Shown one piece after another: positions 20,634-31,700 of a stretch of DNA of 64,000 bases (position 1 is the stretch's first letter; each line of letters opens with the position of its first letter). Both the position numbers and the translations under genes were made by a program. Source of the stretch: a virus (taxonomy: Duplodnaviria; Caudoviricetes); IMG/VR virus record IMGVR_UViG_3300031857_000014; one strand, 5' to 3'. The notes under the pieces are model-generated. The model did not search any database and was not told the DNA's origin. It worked only from the letters and a program-made list of their open reading frames with translations.

Positions 20634-22479
20634 CAGAGGTTATTGGTTTGGTTTTACCAACCATATCTTCATACTGTTCTTTAGTAATCGTTTCGTATGG
20701 TGCTTGGTCAAATCCGTGTCCATAGTACAACAAGAAGGATACTGTTTTGATTTCATTTTTAAAATGTTTTCTCAAGTACTCTTTAATGTCTTCCATATCC
20801 TCTTTCTTGTAATATACGGTACAACTTACTGAATTATCAGACCACTCTGATTGCATTCTTCTAACCATGTCCATTTGTGTCTTCCAGTCATAATCAGCGG
20901 CAACTGGTGTTGTTTCAGGTAATTTACATGGGAATGAAATAACCATGGTTGATTTGTCCTCTGAACCATCAAATTTTCTTTGATATTCAATTGGGTAACC
21001 ATGTTTTCTACAAACCTCAACTAATGGTGAATGTGAAGAAATACGAACTCTTCTGATATAGTAAGGACCCGCTGGGTTCGGGTGCACGCCTGGAGTAACA
21101 CCTGCAAGTAGACTCAATGTACCACTTGGTTTAACTGTAGTTAATTTGATACTTTCAGGGAAACCTTTCTCACCTGAATACCATTTATCATACCCTCTTA
21201 ACCAAACATACGCATCTTTTAACCATGATTGTTGTTCTTCAGTTGCTTGTAGGATACCGGTCATACCAATACCCATTCTCATGTTTTTATTAACTACTGT
21301 TTCTGTTTCTTTCAATGAACAATGTAACGCCAAAGAATGTTTATTCATTCTGTATACATATGTCAGAACCTCTTTCAATTCATCATAACTATCGATATTT
21401 GGAAGATAAACTTCACCTAAACAACACGTTTCAAAATTTGCTAAAGATTGTTCTGCACAAGGGTTAAATCCTTCTACGTCAGGGTCAGGATATTGTGTTT
21501 CACCTGTTCTACCAACGCTTCTTGATAATTCCAAGTTAATTAAACCATATGGTTCTCCCTGATTGTATGTCTCCCAAAATTCATTAGGTAGTTCATCAAT
21601 ATCTTCAGGAGCGATAACTGAGTTGTTGCTCATTGCTCTCCAGTTAGGAATGGTACCTAAATCCCATCTTTTTGCTTTCAAAAACTCTAAATCATCAAAA
21701 TCACCTAATGCAATTTGTGCTGACCTTCTAACATTTCCCGCAACAACTACAGAACCAATGATGTTCATAATATCTAAACAATCAATTGGTCTTAGTTTTT
21801 TATTTGACCTACTATTTAAAATTTTATGAATTTCATTAATACCCCAACACAAATCTTCCGGACCTGAAGATGTACCGCCAAATCCTTTAATTGGTGCTCC
21901 TTTTGAACGAATACAAATAGTTGAGTAGGTGAACCCTTCTCCACCATAAAAATGAGCTTTTAATACCTTACCAAGTAATTTTACCCATCCTTCTCTACTG
22001 TCAGGAACGATGTAATCCGCATCTTTTGTGTCCTTTCTTTCAATCTTAATTTTATTTTTAAGTTTAGGTAATTGATACACATTATGTTTTTGAATATTGT
22101 ATCCAACACCGCTACCTAACATCAACATTTCAAACGCCCAAGTAAATGGTCTGATAGGTGAATTCACCACGGTAAAAGCACAATTTTGTAAAGACGGTAA
22201 ACCCAATTTATCTACCGTTTTTGTACCTAACTGCCACATAAATCTTCCTGCAGTTGAGAACTTTAATTTCATTCTTAATTCTGCATATCTTTCTTTTTCT
22301 TCCTCAGTAAAACCAACGTTTAATTGTTTATCTGATGCATCAAGTTCTCTTTGAATTACTTGCCAAAATTCTTCTGTTTTTGAATTAGGGTCATCTTCTT
22401 TTATTCTTCTTGAATAGGTTCGTTTAAATGTAATGTAACCGATTTCTCCCCATGGGACTTCGATATCTTTGAAATTCAT
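20569..22479 (-). CDS. nrdJ: Class II (adenosylcobalamin-dependent) ribonucleotide reductase, RTPR type
   Basis: 636 aa. SLQNCAF, GSGVGY, GNVRRSAQI, GFNPCAEQ, TTVKPSGTLSLLAG, WSDNSVSCT and the C-terminal CATGACP cysteine pair. No nrdB nearby. Confidence 0.93.
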   Translation of the reverse strand: MNFKDIEVPWGEIGYITFKRTYSRRIKEDDPNSKTEEFWQVIQRELDASDKQLNVGFTEEEKERYAELRMKLKFSTAGRFMWQLGTKTVDKLGLPSLQNCAFTVVNSPIRPFTWAFEMLMLGSGVGYNIQKHNVYQLPKLKNKIKIERKDTKDADYIVPDSREGWVKLLGKVLKAHFYGGEGFTYSTICIRSKGAPIKGFGGTSSGPEDLCWGINEIHKILNSRSNKKLRPIDCLDIMNIIGSVVVAGNVRRSAQIALGDFDDLEFLKAKRWDLGTIPNWRAMSNNSVIAPEDIDELPNEFWETYNQGEPYGLINLELSRSVGRTGETQYPDPDVEGFNPCAEQSLANFETCCLGEVYLPNIDSYDELKEVLTYVYRMNKHSLALHCSLKETETVVNKNMRMGIGMTGILQATEEQQSWLKDAYVWLRGYDKWYSGEKGFPESIKLTTVKPSGTLSLLAGVTPGVHPNPAGPYYIRRVRISSHSPLVEVCRKHGYPIEYQRKFDGSEDKSTMVISFPCKLPETTPVAADYDWKTQMDMVRRMQSEWSDNSVSCTVYYKKEDMEDIKEYLRKHFKNEIKTVSFLLYYGHGFDQAPYETITKEQYEDMVGKTKPITSVEFKEDEMELQECATGACPIK

Positions 22480-22599
22480 GTGTAACTTTTTTTAATTTTT
22501 TATGTATTATTTCTCATCATTTTTGGCGCCGATTTTGATTGAGGTAAAGATAAATACCATATATATTTTTCAAAATCCAGGTCTGTGAAAAAAAAATTT

Positions 22600-23976
22600 T
22601 TACCTTCTATTTCCTACCTGTTGTCTTTGTAAAAACGCCTCTCTAGCTCTATTTTGATTGTTCTGTTGTCTCTCTTCTTGATGACCAAGTAAGGTATTTT
22701 GAGTATCGGTGTTAATCACCAAATATTCGTTATCAAACTTACAATTTTGGAAAACAACCCCGTCTTGACCAATCCTTGACTTAAGTAGAGTTAGTGTGGC
22801 CAGTTTGTGTTCTTTTTGTTCTATCGTTTTTGCAATAGATATGATTACGTGTGCAATTTGTGCTTTTTTGATTGACCCACCCATTTGGTCTGAATTTACA
22901 ATTTCTGATGAGATTGAATTTCTGTTACCTTGAGTCGCGGTCCAAATGGCAATATTAAATTCACTAGTCATTGCTTCTAAACTTCTCATAATTGATCCTT
23001 CTCCTTTCCATTCTTCACCATCTGCCGACCTTTCAGGTGAAATACAATCAACATAATCTAAAACTAATAAATCAATTTTAAAACCATCAGAAATCATTTT
23101 TCTGATTTTAGATTTAATATCACTAACACTTATACTATCACTTGGAAATTTCAACAATCTGATATTTCCTGTTGACCTCTCTTCAGCTTCTTTTACTTTT
23201 TCTTTAACTGCATCAACATTTAATAATTGTTCATCAGGTGAAATACCTGTCCATATTGTAAAATGTTTTTGTCTAATTTGTGCGTGATTATCTTCAAAAA
23301 ATATTTGAAGAACATTGAAGTTATAATTGTAAGCGGTATTGGCAATTTTAGTAAGTAATGTTGTTTTACCTGTTCCGGTTGGTGCCAAAACAACTCCAAG
23401 TTCACCTCTACCTAAACCACCCTTCAATAAATTATCCATACCTACAATACCTGTTGGTATTGCTTCTCTTGCATTTTTTTCTAACGCTGCATCAATGTCG
23501 TGAAAAATATCAGTTGCATCATCTGAATGAATTCCGACTTGTAATGCCATTTGAATTATCTTTTCAATTTTAGAATAAGATTCAAATTCACCACTTTCAA
23601 TAATATTTGAAACTATCTTTAATTCTCTTTTTAAATTTTGTTGTTTACAGAAATTTAATGCAGTGTCTTTTACATAAGATGTTTCTAAATTTGCGTCTTT
23701 TATTATTTGAAGAGTATCTAAATGTATTTGAGAAGACTCGATATTTCCTGTCTCTGCTGTGATTTTTTGTGCAACAGTTTGATAATCAGGTATTTTATTA
23801 TATTTTGTATAATACTCTTTCAGGTTCTCCATTATGTACCTGAAAGATTGATTTTCAAAATATTTACTCTCTAGTACATCAATTATAGTTTCTCCATACT
23901 TTTTATCTTCTATTATTGCCTTAATCAAAGATTGTTGAAATGAAAAACCTAAGTACCCAAAATTTTTTTCTTGCAT
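22600..23976 (-). CDS. gp41: Replicative DNA helicase (DnaB / T4 gp41 family)
   Basis: Walker A GELGVVLAPTGTGKT, LLVLDYVD, IWTATQGNR, LLKSRIG. Confidence 0.93.
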   Translation of the reverse strand: MQEKNFGYLGFSFQQSLIKAIIEDKKYGETIIDVLESKYFENQSFRYIMENLKEYYTKYNKIPDYQTVAQKITAETGNIESSQIHLDTLQIIKDANLETSYVKDTALNFCKQQNLKRELKIVSNIIESGEFESYSKIEKIIQMALQVGIHSDDATDIFHDIDAALEKNAREAIPTGIVGMDNLLKGGLGRGELGVVLAPTGTGKTTLLTKIANTAYNYNFNVLQIFFEDNHAQIRQKHFTIWTGISPDEQLLNVDAVKEKVKEAEERSTGNIRLLKFPSDSISVSDIKSKIRKMISDGFKIDLLVLDYVDCISPERSADGEEWKGEGSIMRSLEAMTSEFNIAIWTATQGNRNSISSEIVNSDQMGGSIKKAQIAHVIISIAKTIEQKEHKLATLTLLKSRIGQDGVVFQNCKFDNEYLVINTDTQNTLLGHQEERQQNNQNRAREAFLQRQQVGNRR

Positions 23977-23988
23977 ATAATAGTTTAA

Positions 23989-24420
23989 TTAAAGTTCGTA
24001 TTGTAGATATGTTGTTTCTAATTCTCTTGAAGATAAAATATCAGTTAAGTCTGAAAGAATTCTCTTCAATTTTGGTCTAATATCAACCGTATATCTTGCC
24101 TTTGGATGATACAAATAAGCCGGAAATATTCTCTGAACAAAAACTTCATCGACAATTTTAATTTCCAAAAGAAAATGGTCCACATTTTCGTCTGTGCTTT
24201 CAATAGAATGATATGAGTTTTGATTCTCACACAAATAATTTGAGCTTTTAATTTTTAAATCGTGTTCTATTTGTTCACAAACATCTTTTACATAATAATG
24301 TATATCCATTGACCTTCTGGATTTTGGGTTGTGGTCTTTTACGTTAAAATAACGTTGACAAACAATGTTTCCTCCTAATGTTAAAAGGAATTCGAATTTC
24401 GTTACTTCTTGATTACTCAT
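23989..24420 (-). CDS. Hypothetical protein in replication operon
   Basis: 143 aa ORF between the exonuclease and helicase genes. Confidence 0.6.
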   Translation of the reverse strand: MSNQEVTKFEFLLTLGGNIVCQRYFNVKDHNPKSRRSMDIHYYVKDVCEQIEHDLKIKSSNYLCENQNSYHSIESTDENVDHFLLEIKIVDEVFVQRIFPAYLYHPKARYTVDIRPKLKRILSDLTDILSSRELETTYLQYEL

Positions 24421-25432
24421 GATTTTTGATTTTTATTATTCTTTTATTTTTTTCTTTTCTAGTTAATCTCAGAAAAGGATTTAGAAAGTTTATCCAAGCG
24501 TCATCTGATTTTGGAAGAAGATTAAAAATTCCATCTTCCATCATCATTTTCATTGTATTTTTATATGATCTACCTTCCGGGTCAAGATTTTCACTGATTA
24601 ATAAATCAATATTTTCTTTTGCGTCTTCTGTCAATATAGGTTCATCTAAACTGACAATTTTTTTATTTAACTCAAAAAATTCCTCACCTAAAACACCATA
24701 CTTTGTAACACCTGTTATAAAATTTTTTATCAAATAATTGTTCTTATCTTGTTCAAACAATTCATTTGCTCTGTTTTTTATTTCTTCTAATGTTACTTTC
24801 TTATCTTTTATTTCAGGAAATAAAATGAACAGTTTTTTAATACCAAAATTTTTAATACCGGCAATGTTATCTGATGAATCACCACACAACATTTTTATGT
24901 GTTTTACATTTTCAATTATGACTTCTTGTTTGTCATAAATGTATACATCACCAGGTTTATATAATTTTTGATGTGAAGGATTATAAATACTTGTGGTCTC
25001 AGAGATAAGTTGAGTCAAGTCCCCATCAGAAGAATAAACAATTTTTTTCTCATTTGGTGAATTGTGTGTATAATATGCGATACAATCATCTGTCTCACAG
25101 AACTCATATTCACCTTGACGAACATAAACTTCCTCAAGATATTTTTTAATTCTATTTCTTTGATATAAATAGGAACTTAACTCTTCCTCACTTTTAATTC
25201 TTTTCCTTCTGTTCTCTTTATAAGGAGAATAGATAATTTTTCTTGTTCTGTATGATTCTTCACCGTCCCAAAAGACAACAATTTTATCTAAATGGTATGC
25301 TTCAAAACTTCTTCTAAGAGTATTAAGGAAATGATAGATTCCTCCAATGTGTTGCCCCTTATAGAAGTAATTCTTGAGACCAAAAAAACCGATTGTAAGT
25401 AAATTGTCACCATCAACAAGTAAAACCGACAT
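24413..25432 (-). CDS. 5'-3' exonuclease / flap endonuclease (PolA N-terminal, T4 RNase H-like)
   Basis: LLVDGDNLL, VFWDG, ETDDCIAY, SSDGDLTQL and the helix-hairpin LCGDSSDNIAGIKNFGIK. Confidence 0.92.
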   Translation of the reverse strand: MSVLLVDGDNLLTIGFFGLKNYFYKGQHIGGIYHFLNTLRRSFEAYHLDKIVVFWDGEESYRTRKIIYSPYKENRRKRIKSEEELSSYLYQRNRIKKYLEEVYVRQGEYEFCETDDCIAYYTHNSPNEKKIVYSSDGDLTQLISETTSIYNPSHQKLYKPGDVYIYDKQEVIIENVKHIKMLCGDSSDNIAGIKNFGIKKLFILFPEIKDKKVTLEEIKNRANELFEQDKNNYLIKNFITGVTKYGVLGEEFFELNKKIVSLDEPILTEDAKENIDLLISENLDPEGRSYKNTMKMMMEDGIFNLLPKSDDAWINFLNPFLRLTRKEKNKRIIKIKNHE

Positions 25433-25459
25433 TAACCATTTTATTAAAGTTAAAAAATA

Positions 25460-26476
25460 CTATTCGTCTATTTCAGGTTCAGTTGATTCACTAAGTTGAA
25501 TTTCACCTGTACCTTGTAAAATACCATTCCAATAATCAGAATATTTTTTCTTGTATTCTTCAAGTGCTTCCTTAGTATCGGAAATGTAACCTTGAGGTAC
25601 CGCAATTATCTTACCATCTTTATACTGTAAACCATTAACATGGTTTTTCAGTATTGAAATCTTTGTTCTAATTGCGTAAGAAATATCTCTACCGCCTTTG
25701 GTTGCCTTGATATGACTAATACCTGATTTTCTTTGATTACCAAACAAGAAAACAATAGATGATGCCAACCACAATGCTTCTCCACCTTTTGCTTTAATTT
25801 CAGGTTGTCCAAATGGATTATCAGGTAAATCAACCCAGGGTTGGTTAACAACAACTAATGTATTAATTAGTGGATATTCCGGACTTGGATAATCTTCTTT
25901 TTTTGATTTAGAAATTCTTGAATGAATTCCCATACCAATTTTATCAGATAGTGCAGATGCGTTATGCATTTTACCACCCTTACCTTCAAATGTCATTTTA
26001 CAAGGAATTGAACCAACAGAATCCCACAAGAACAACAAAGATTTTTTAATCTTACCTTTTTCTTGACCATCTAAAATGTTATTAATAAAATCAGTTGCTT
26101 GTTCAATATATTCAAATGTATCATTGAAGATAAAATTACCATGCCACTCACCATCTTCATCTTGTTCTGCTTGTAATCCAAGTTCAACCGCGTGTTCCCA
26201 ACTCCATTTTTTTTCTGTAATAATAAACACAGGTAGATGTCCTCTCTTTTGTGCATCTGCAGCAGCTAAAATTAAAGCTGTTGTTTTAGAAGAGTTACTA
26301 TGACCCAAGAACATATTAATCCCACCCATTACAGGTCCCGGTAACCCACACGCTTCTAAAAACGCATCACCACAGAAATAAAAACCGGTTTCTTTATATT
26401 TTGTCTTTGATGAAAACTGCTTGATAAAATCATCGTCCCCACCTCCGAAGTCTTTTTTCTTAATTGATTTTGCCAT
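25460..26476 (-). CDS. uvsX: RecA/UvsX-family recombinase
   Basis: GGINMFLGHSNSSKTT P-loop, VFIITEKK, LFLWDSVGS, VVVNQPW, KGGEAL, KISILKNH. Confidence 0.88.
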   Translation of the reverse strand: MAKSIKKKDFGGGDDDFIKQFSSKTKYKETGFYFCGDAFLEACGLPGPVMGGINMFLGHSNSSKTTALILAAADAQKRGHLPVFIITEKKWSWEHAVELGLQAEQDEDGEWHGNFIFNDTFEYIEQATDFINNILDGQEKGKIKKSLLFLWDSVGSIPCKMTFEGKGGKMHNASALSDKIGMGIHSRISKSKKEDYPSPEYPLINTLVVVNQPWVDLPDNPFGQPEIKAKGGEALWLASSIVFLFGNQRKSGISHIKATKGGRDISYAIRTKISILKNHVNGLQYKDGKIIAVPQGYISDTKEALEEYKKKYSDYWNGILQGTGEIQLSESTEPEIDE

Positions 26477-26498
26477 AAAAAAATTTAGTTTTAAAAAA

Positions 26499-26536
26499 TA
26501 AAAAAAGATTGGGTATATATTTCAACACCCAATCTT
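26499..26536 (-). terminator. Intrinsic terminator after the SSB gene
   Basis: AAGATTGGGT-N12-ACCCAATCTT with a T run on the minus strand. Confidence 0.6.
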
Positions 26537-26548
26537 ATAAGTGTTTCC

Positions 26549-27391
26549 TTAGAAAGGAAGTTCACCATCCACTTCATCATCTACCTGTGGATCTACTACT
26601 GCTGTTTTTGTTTGACCACCTAATGTTTCTTCTGATGTTGCGTTTGAAACATATTTTTTAGTTTCAGAATCCCATCTTGGATTTTCACCTTTCGCAATCA
26701 TTTCAAGATACTCTTCAGGTTTCTTAGAATAAACGTCATTCCATGTCAATTCATCCTCAATCCACTTTTTTGAAACTTCTGTATCTGTGTGAAGAGGTCC
26801 CGCATCTTCAGGGATAATAGAGTTAATTGTTGTATACTCTTTACCTGTACCTGCTTTAGTTAAAGACAAAGACAAAATCAAATCACGACCTTTCTCAACG
26901 TCTGTAACATTTCCTTTATTTCTCCAAATAGGTGCAATTTTATCAAATACACCATCACCTTTAGCGTTGTGTTTAAATCTCCAAAATTTTGGACCATCTT
27001 GTTCGTTCTCTCTATCAATAACTTTAACGATATAATATTTACGTGAACGATAATTTCTGGCCAATTCTTTATCTGATTCTACTCCGGTCATCATAAGACC
27101 TTCATAAACCTCATTTAAAGGAGAACGCTTACCTTCTTGTGCTGGGTCATATAATTTTACCCATTTACCATCAACCTGAACTTCGTGAAACTTAACTTCT
27201 ACGAAAGGGGATGAACCATCTTTAGTGGGAAGAATACGAATTCTTCTTTCTCCACTTCCTGAACCTTTAGGAAGTAATGTTGTGAAATACTTCTTCATTC
27301 TCTCTTCTTGAGAGACTTTACTACCGTTGCCGCTTGCGGCTTGTTTGTTTTTCTCGTATTGTGCTAATACGGGATCATTAATTTCTGCCAT
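26549..27391 (-). CDS. gp32: Single-stranded DNA-binding protein (T4 gp32-like)
   Basis: IRILP...PFVEVKFH, YYIVKVIDR, GRDLIL and acidic tail DDEVDGELPF. Sits beside recA. Confidence 0.85.
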   Translation of the reverse strand: MAEINDPVLAQYEKNKQAASGNGSKVSQEERMKKYFTTLLPKGSGSGERRIRILPTKDGSSPFVEVKFHEVQVDGKWVKLYDPAQEGKRSPLNEVYEGLMMTGVESDKELARNYRSRKYYIVKVIDRENEQDGPKFWRFKHNAKGDGVFDKIAPIWRNKGNVTDVEKGRDLILSLSLTKAGTGKEYTTINSIIPEDAGPLHTDTEVSKKWIEDELTWNDVYSKKPEEYLEMIAKGENPRWDSETKKYVSNATSEETLGGQTKTAVVDPQVDDEVDGELPF

Positions 27392-27435
27392 GTTAAAAAA
27401 TTTAAGTTAAAAAATGTTATGTATAAATTATAAAC

Positions 27436-27464
27436 AAAAAAAGTCAGATTATGAAATCTGACTT
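27436..27464 (-). terminator. Intrinsic terminator after the ferritin-like gene
   Basis: AAGTCAGATT-atga-AATCTGACTT perfect 10-bp stem with a T run on the minus strand. Confidence 0.7.
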
Positions 27465-27489
27465 GAAGTTTTTTAAAAAAATATTTTTG

Positions 27490-27861
27490 TTACTCGAGTG
27501 TTAATAAATAAGCGAACTTATTTAGTTCTCCTAACATTTCATCACGAATATTAAGTAAATCTGTATCTGAAGGGTCTAAAGACTCACTCATATCTCCCAA
27601 AATTTCTCTAATTTTTGATATCATTGATTTGATGTCAATTTCAGATAAATTATTTAATTCGATGTTTTTTGTTTCTTCATCTAAAACAAATCTTCCATAT
27701 TTACCCATAGCAGATTCAACAAATGTATCAATGAGTGGGTCTAAAGCTTCATATAAACCACCAAAAGCTTGGTGTCTACCTAAACCTTTTGTTTGCCAGT
27801 GACATATTCTCAATTGTGCTTGTAATCCTAAAAATAAATTAACATTAGTATCTAATTTCAT
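27490..27861 (-). CDS. Ferritin/Dps-like four-helix protein (DUF5856-like)
   Basis: LQAQLRICHWQTKG...RHQAFGGLYEALDPLIDTFVE...LLNIRDEMLGELNKFAYLL. Confidence 0.75.
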   Translation of the reverse strand: MKLDTNVNLFLGLQAQLRICHWQTKGLGRHQAFGGLYEALDPLIDTFVESAMGKYGRFVLDEETKNIELNNLSEIDIKSMISKIREILGDMSESLDPSDTDLLNIRDEMLGELNKFAYLLTLE

Positions 27862-28474
27862 CTTCTTGTGCGTTTGGGTTAAAAGTATTTCTTATTGTTT
27901 CTTTAGTAAAGTCATCAATATCATTTTTAGTTAATACGTATTCATTTTTACCACTTAATTTCATTTCCTCCTGTTTTTTTGAAAAAAACTCATTTGGTTT
28001 TTGATTGAATGGGTATGAATCCAAAGAACGCATTTCTAATTTCTCTTGAGGTGTTTCTGGTTTCATGTTTTTAACTTCAGAACTCAATGAATCAATTCTA
28101 TCGATAATAGAATCCATATTCTGTAGTTTTGTTTCTAAATCAGATAACTTAGTAAAAACATCTTCCATTTTATTTAAAACTGAAGTATGGTCTTGTTTGT
28201 TATCATCAATTTCTTTTTTGATGTTTTTTGTCATGTTAACCAAATCAGTGATATCTATCTCTTCTGTTTCATCAGCTGATGGTGGTGCTTCTCCTGTTGG
28301 AGGTGGTGGTACGTCACCTGCTGGTGGAGGTGGCACATCTCCTGCTGGTGGTAATTCTCCTGCCGGTGGAGGAGGAGGTGGTGGTGGAACATCTTGTTCC
28401 ATAATCATTTTTTTTGCGTATTTATTAATCGCATTAAAACGATTTAATTCTTCTTGTAATTTTTGTTCTAACAT
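27845..28474 (-). CDS. Hypothetical protein with polyproline linker and coiled coil
   Basis: 209 aa. PPPPPPPPAGELPPAGDVPPPP followed by a heptad-rich segment. Confidence 0.6.
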   Translation of the reverse strand: MLEQKLQEELNRFNAINKYAKKMIMEQDVPPPPPPPPAGELPPAGDVPPPPAGDVPPPPTGEAPPSADETEEIDITDLVNMTKNIKKEIDDNKQDHTSVLNKMEDVFTKLSDLETKLQNMDSIIDRIDSLSSEVKNMKPETPQEKLEMRSLDSYPFNQKPNEFFSKKQEEMKLSGKNEYVLTKNDIDDFTKETIRNTFNPNAQEDEIRY

Positions 28475-28478
28475 AGTA

Positions 28479-28682
28479 TTAATCTTGTAATAGTTGTCTT
28501 CCGTCTTCAGTGACGTATTTTTTATTTATTCTTTCAACGATACCGTCTTTTGACCTGATAACATAACATTCTCCGGTCTGTAAATCACATTCCTCTCTCT
28601 CCATACCATCTTGAGAGACATTTTTAACCACTTTTTGATTTAAAAATGAATCTAAACTGTTGTTTAATTTATTATTATCCAT
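28479..28682 (-). CDS. Small hypothetical protein
   Basis: 67 aa (ECDLQTGECY). TATTTAT at 28694-28700 upstream. Confidence 0.6.
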   Translation of the reverse strand: MDNNKLNNSLDSFLNQKVVKNVSQDGMEREECDLQTGECYVIRSKDGIVERINKKYVTEDGRQLLQD

Positions 28683-28721
28683 ACTTTTTTTATATAAATA
28701 TCTTGATTATAGGTAATAATT

Positions 28722-31700
28722 CTATTCCATACTGAAATAAACTACATCTCCTTCAACTAAATTTAATCTATCCATCAGTTCTTGTGACATTCCTATACCA
28801 TATCCCGGAATATTCGGTCCAACATTTATTTGACCCGTTACTGTTCTTGAACCAACAGCTCCTGATACATTAAATGATATATTACTAAGTGTTGCATTTT
28901 TCTTAGGATTATAAAAAGTTGTTTTTCCAGAAATTATTTTTGACGTTGGTACATTCTTTTTACTAAATTTACATGAATAAAAAATTAAGTCCTTAGATTT
29001 ATCTTTTATTTCACTCCATGGTAATGGTGCACTTTCAACTAATGACATGTTAGTTGTATCACTAATTTGATAAATAGAACTACCCATTCTAGCAACCCTT
29101 GCTCTTAACCAATCTTTATTACTATACTTAACTTTTTGTATGTATAATTCATCATTAAAACCATTAAATGGTACACCAAATTCAGTAATTGCTGCGTCTT
29201 TTATCAATTCTTCTCCAGGTAATAAACCACCTGGATCAGTTGTATAGTTACCTTTTGATGTCGACACGTTTTCGGTTGTTGATGTTTTTTTATCCGCTTC
29301 TTTTATTAACGCAATCGCTTTAGCACTAATCTTATCAAATAAAGGTTTATAACTTGACATAAAGGAGTCTTTAGGGTCAGGAAGAGATGCTACAGGTATT
29401 CTTGTTCCTTTAAATGACGTTGTTATATTATTATTTCTTATATTATGAGTAACTTCTGTAATCCAATATGACCCTTTAAACATTGGGATGTTTTTAAGAT
29501 AAAAAAACATTGTGGGTTGTATCATCACATCACCCATACAAGTTACTTCACAAGAATAAGACGCTTGTCTATATATTTCAAATAAACCTATATCAACATT
29601 ATATGTACCGGAACCTGATTCAGACCTTGCTAAGTTTTCCATTACAACAAATGATTCTGTTGTATTTTTAATAGTGGATTGGTCTAAAGATACTCCTTTA
29701 AATATTCCTTGATTTTGGTCACCAAAACTAACTTCAAAAGCAACGACCTTATTTGATTTCGCGAAATCGTCTTTGGTAAAAACGTCTGGTGCGGTTATTA
29801 TCAATGGGTTATTGTTTACATTGGATATGTCAAAAGTATCATCATTAAACCCATATTTTTTACTTTCGGACATATCCGGGTGTTTTGATGTGGGACCAAC
29901 ATATTGAACAACCACCTTAGGTGATGACTCTTGATAATCAACCTCCAAAAATGTTCCAAATAAATTGGAAGCTAAGTTTTTAGATGGTGTGATTTTATTG
30001 TTATTTGGTGAAGGTGAACTACCATAAAAATTAACATAAGATGGTAATACTCTCATGTCAAATCCTGTACCTTGTATCAATACTGATAATGCGGTGTATA
30101 AATTAATTTTGTCATTTTTAGGGTCTAATAGAGAAATAAACCTATCCAAATTCAAATATGCCACATCACCAATATCTTTATTAGCTTTATCTAAAAACAT
30201 AAATTCTTCCATCAATAATCTTTGACCTAAAGAATTTCCTGCAACCCATTTATCATTGAATGATTTAAAGAAATTATACATTTCAATCTTTAAATCTCTA
30301 TTGTTGTATCCTTTTACAATATTTCGACCTGTGTCGGGGTTTGCTTGTAATTTAGCAAAATTACTTATCAACAATTGTAAGAATAATCCTTGTCTAATAA
30401 AATGAGGATTTGACCCACCTATGAACACACTTTGTTTTATATAATCTTGAAATGCCGTTTTAGTATTTGTCCCTCCATTTTTTATATACCCCGCATAAAT
30501 TAATATTAATGGTCTGAATTGTTTTATATTATCCTCATTTAATTTAACGTCATTTATGATAAAGAAGTTTTGATAATATGAATCAATGTCTTCACCTATA
30601 TATAATTTAATTAAATTTTGATTTGCTACTGTTAATTGTGAACTATCATAAGAATCGTATGAAAATGTATTTACATTATCTACTTTAGAAAAACCATGAA
30701 AAAGATGACTATCAATTTCTTTCGGATTTGCGAGTGTTATTTTTAGTACATTGTTGTTTGCCAACATATCTCTAGTTAAATCTAAAAGTTTTGTTTTTTG
30801 TTTTGTTTTAATCTGTAATATCAACGTATCTACATCAGTACTATCAGATGTTTCCTTTTTTACAGTTACAATTTCTTTTAATAGTTGTTGAAAATTGTCA
30901 TGTTTTACATTACTAAACCTTTTAAGTGGTATTTCTTGTTTTAAATTCTCACTAGCAAATTCCAAAAATAATTGTTCGAAAGAATCTAAAATACTTGGAC
31001 TAAACGTACCAATTAAATCAATCACTTTCCTATAATTTGTTCCTAAAGAATATTGATTATCGTCTGTTGACCCACTCACATATGTTCTTGGATATTCAGA
31101 AAATGAATTAAATGTTTTACCGGTAAATGAATTATTAATATAATCATCATCCCAAATAATTCTAAAATAAGATTCGAACTCTGTTAGGAATGAATTATCT
31201 GTTGTACCGATAATTGTCGGTAATGTAGACAATATAGGTGTGTTCTGTTTTTTATTTATATATTGATTGTCTCCATCTGATGGTAATAATGTATATCTTA
31301 AATCGTTATTATCGAACCTTGAATTATTTACGAATCCAGTCCAATATCTTGAATTATTTGATTGTTCTCTAACCCTTTCTACAAACGCACCTGCGGTATT
31401 ATTTAATGAATATGATGTGTTACCAGATTCAATAACATAAAAATTGTAATCATTTACGATTTGATGAAATATCGCATCATAGTATGGATGTATACCAATA
31501 TCAAATGTTGAACCTGAATATGTCACATTAAATGAAGATATCCCGGAATTAGTATTTGCTGTTACTGTAAAATTAGTGAATGTTCCTCCCGTTTGTTGAT
31601 CATTAAAAAATTCACCCCCATTTAAATTTAATGTAGTTGTTCCTGTTAGACACCCACTTAATATATCTGTACCATTTTGAATGTAATTTTTATATCTATG

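Noticed and set aside
26280-26320. Inactive RecA because the P-loop reads GHSNSSKT instead of GxxxxGKT
   Set aside because: T4 UvsX also has a non-glycine residue at this position, so the deviation alone does not imply inactivity.
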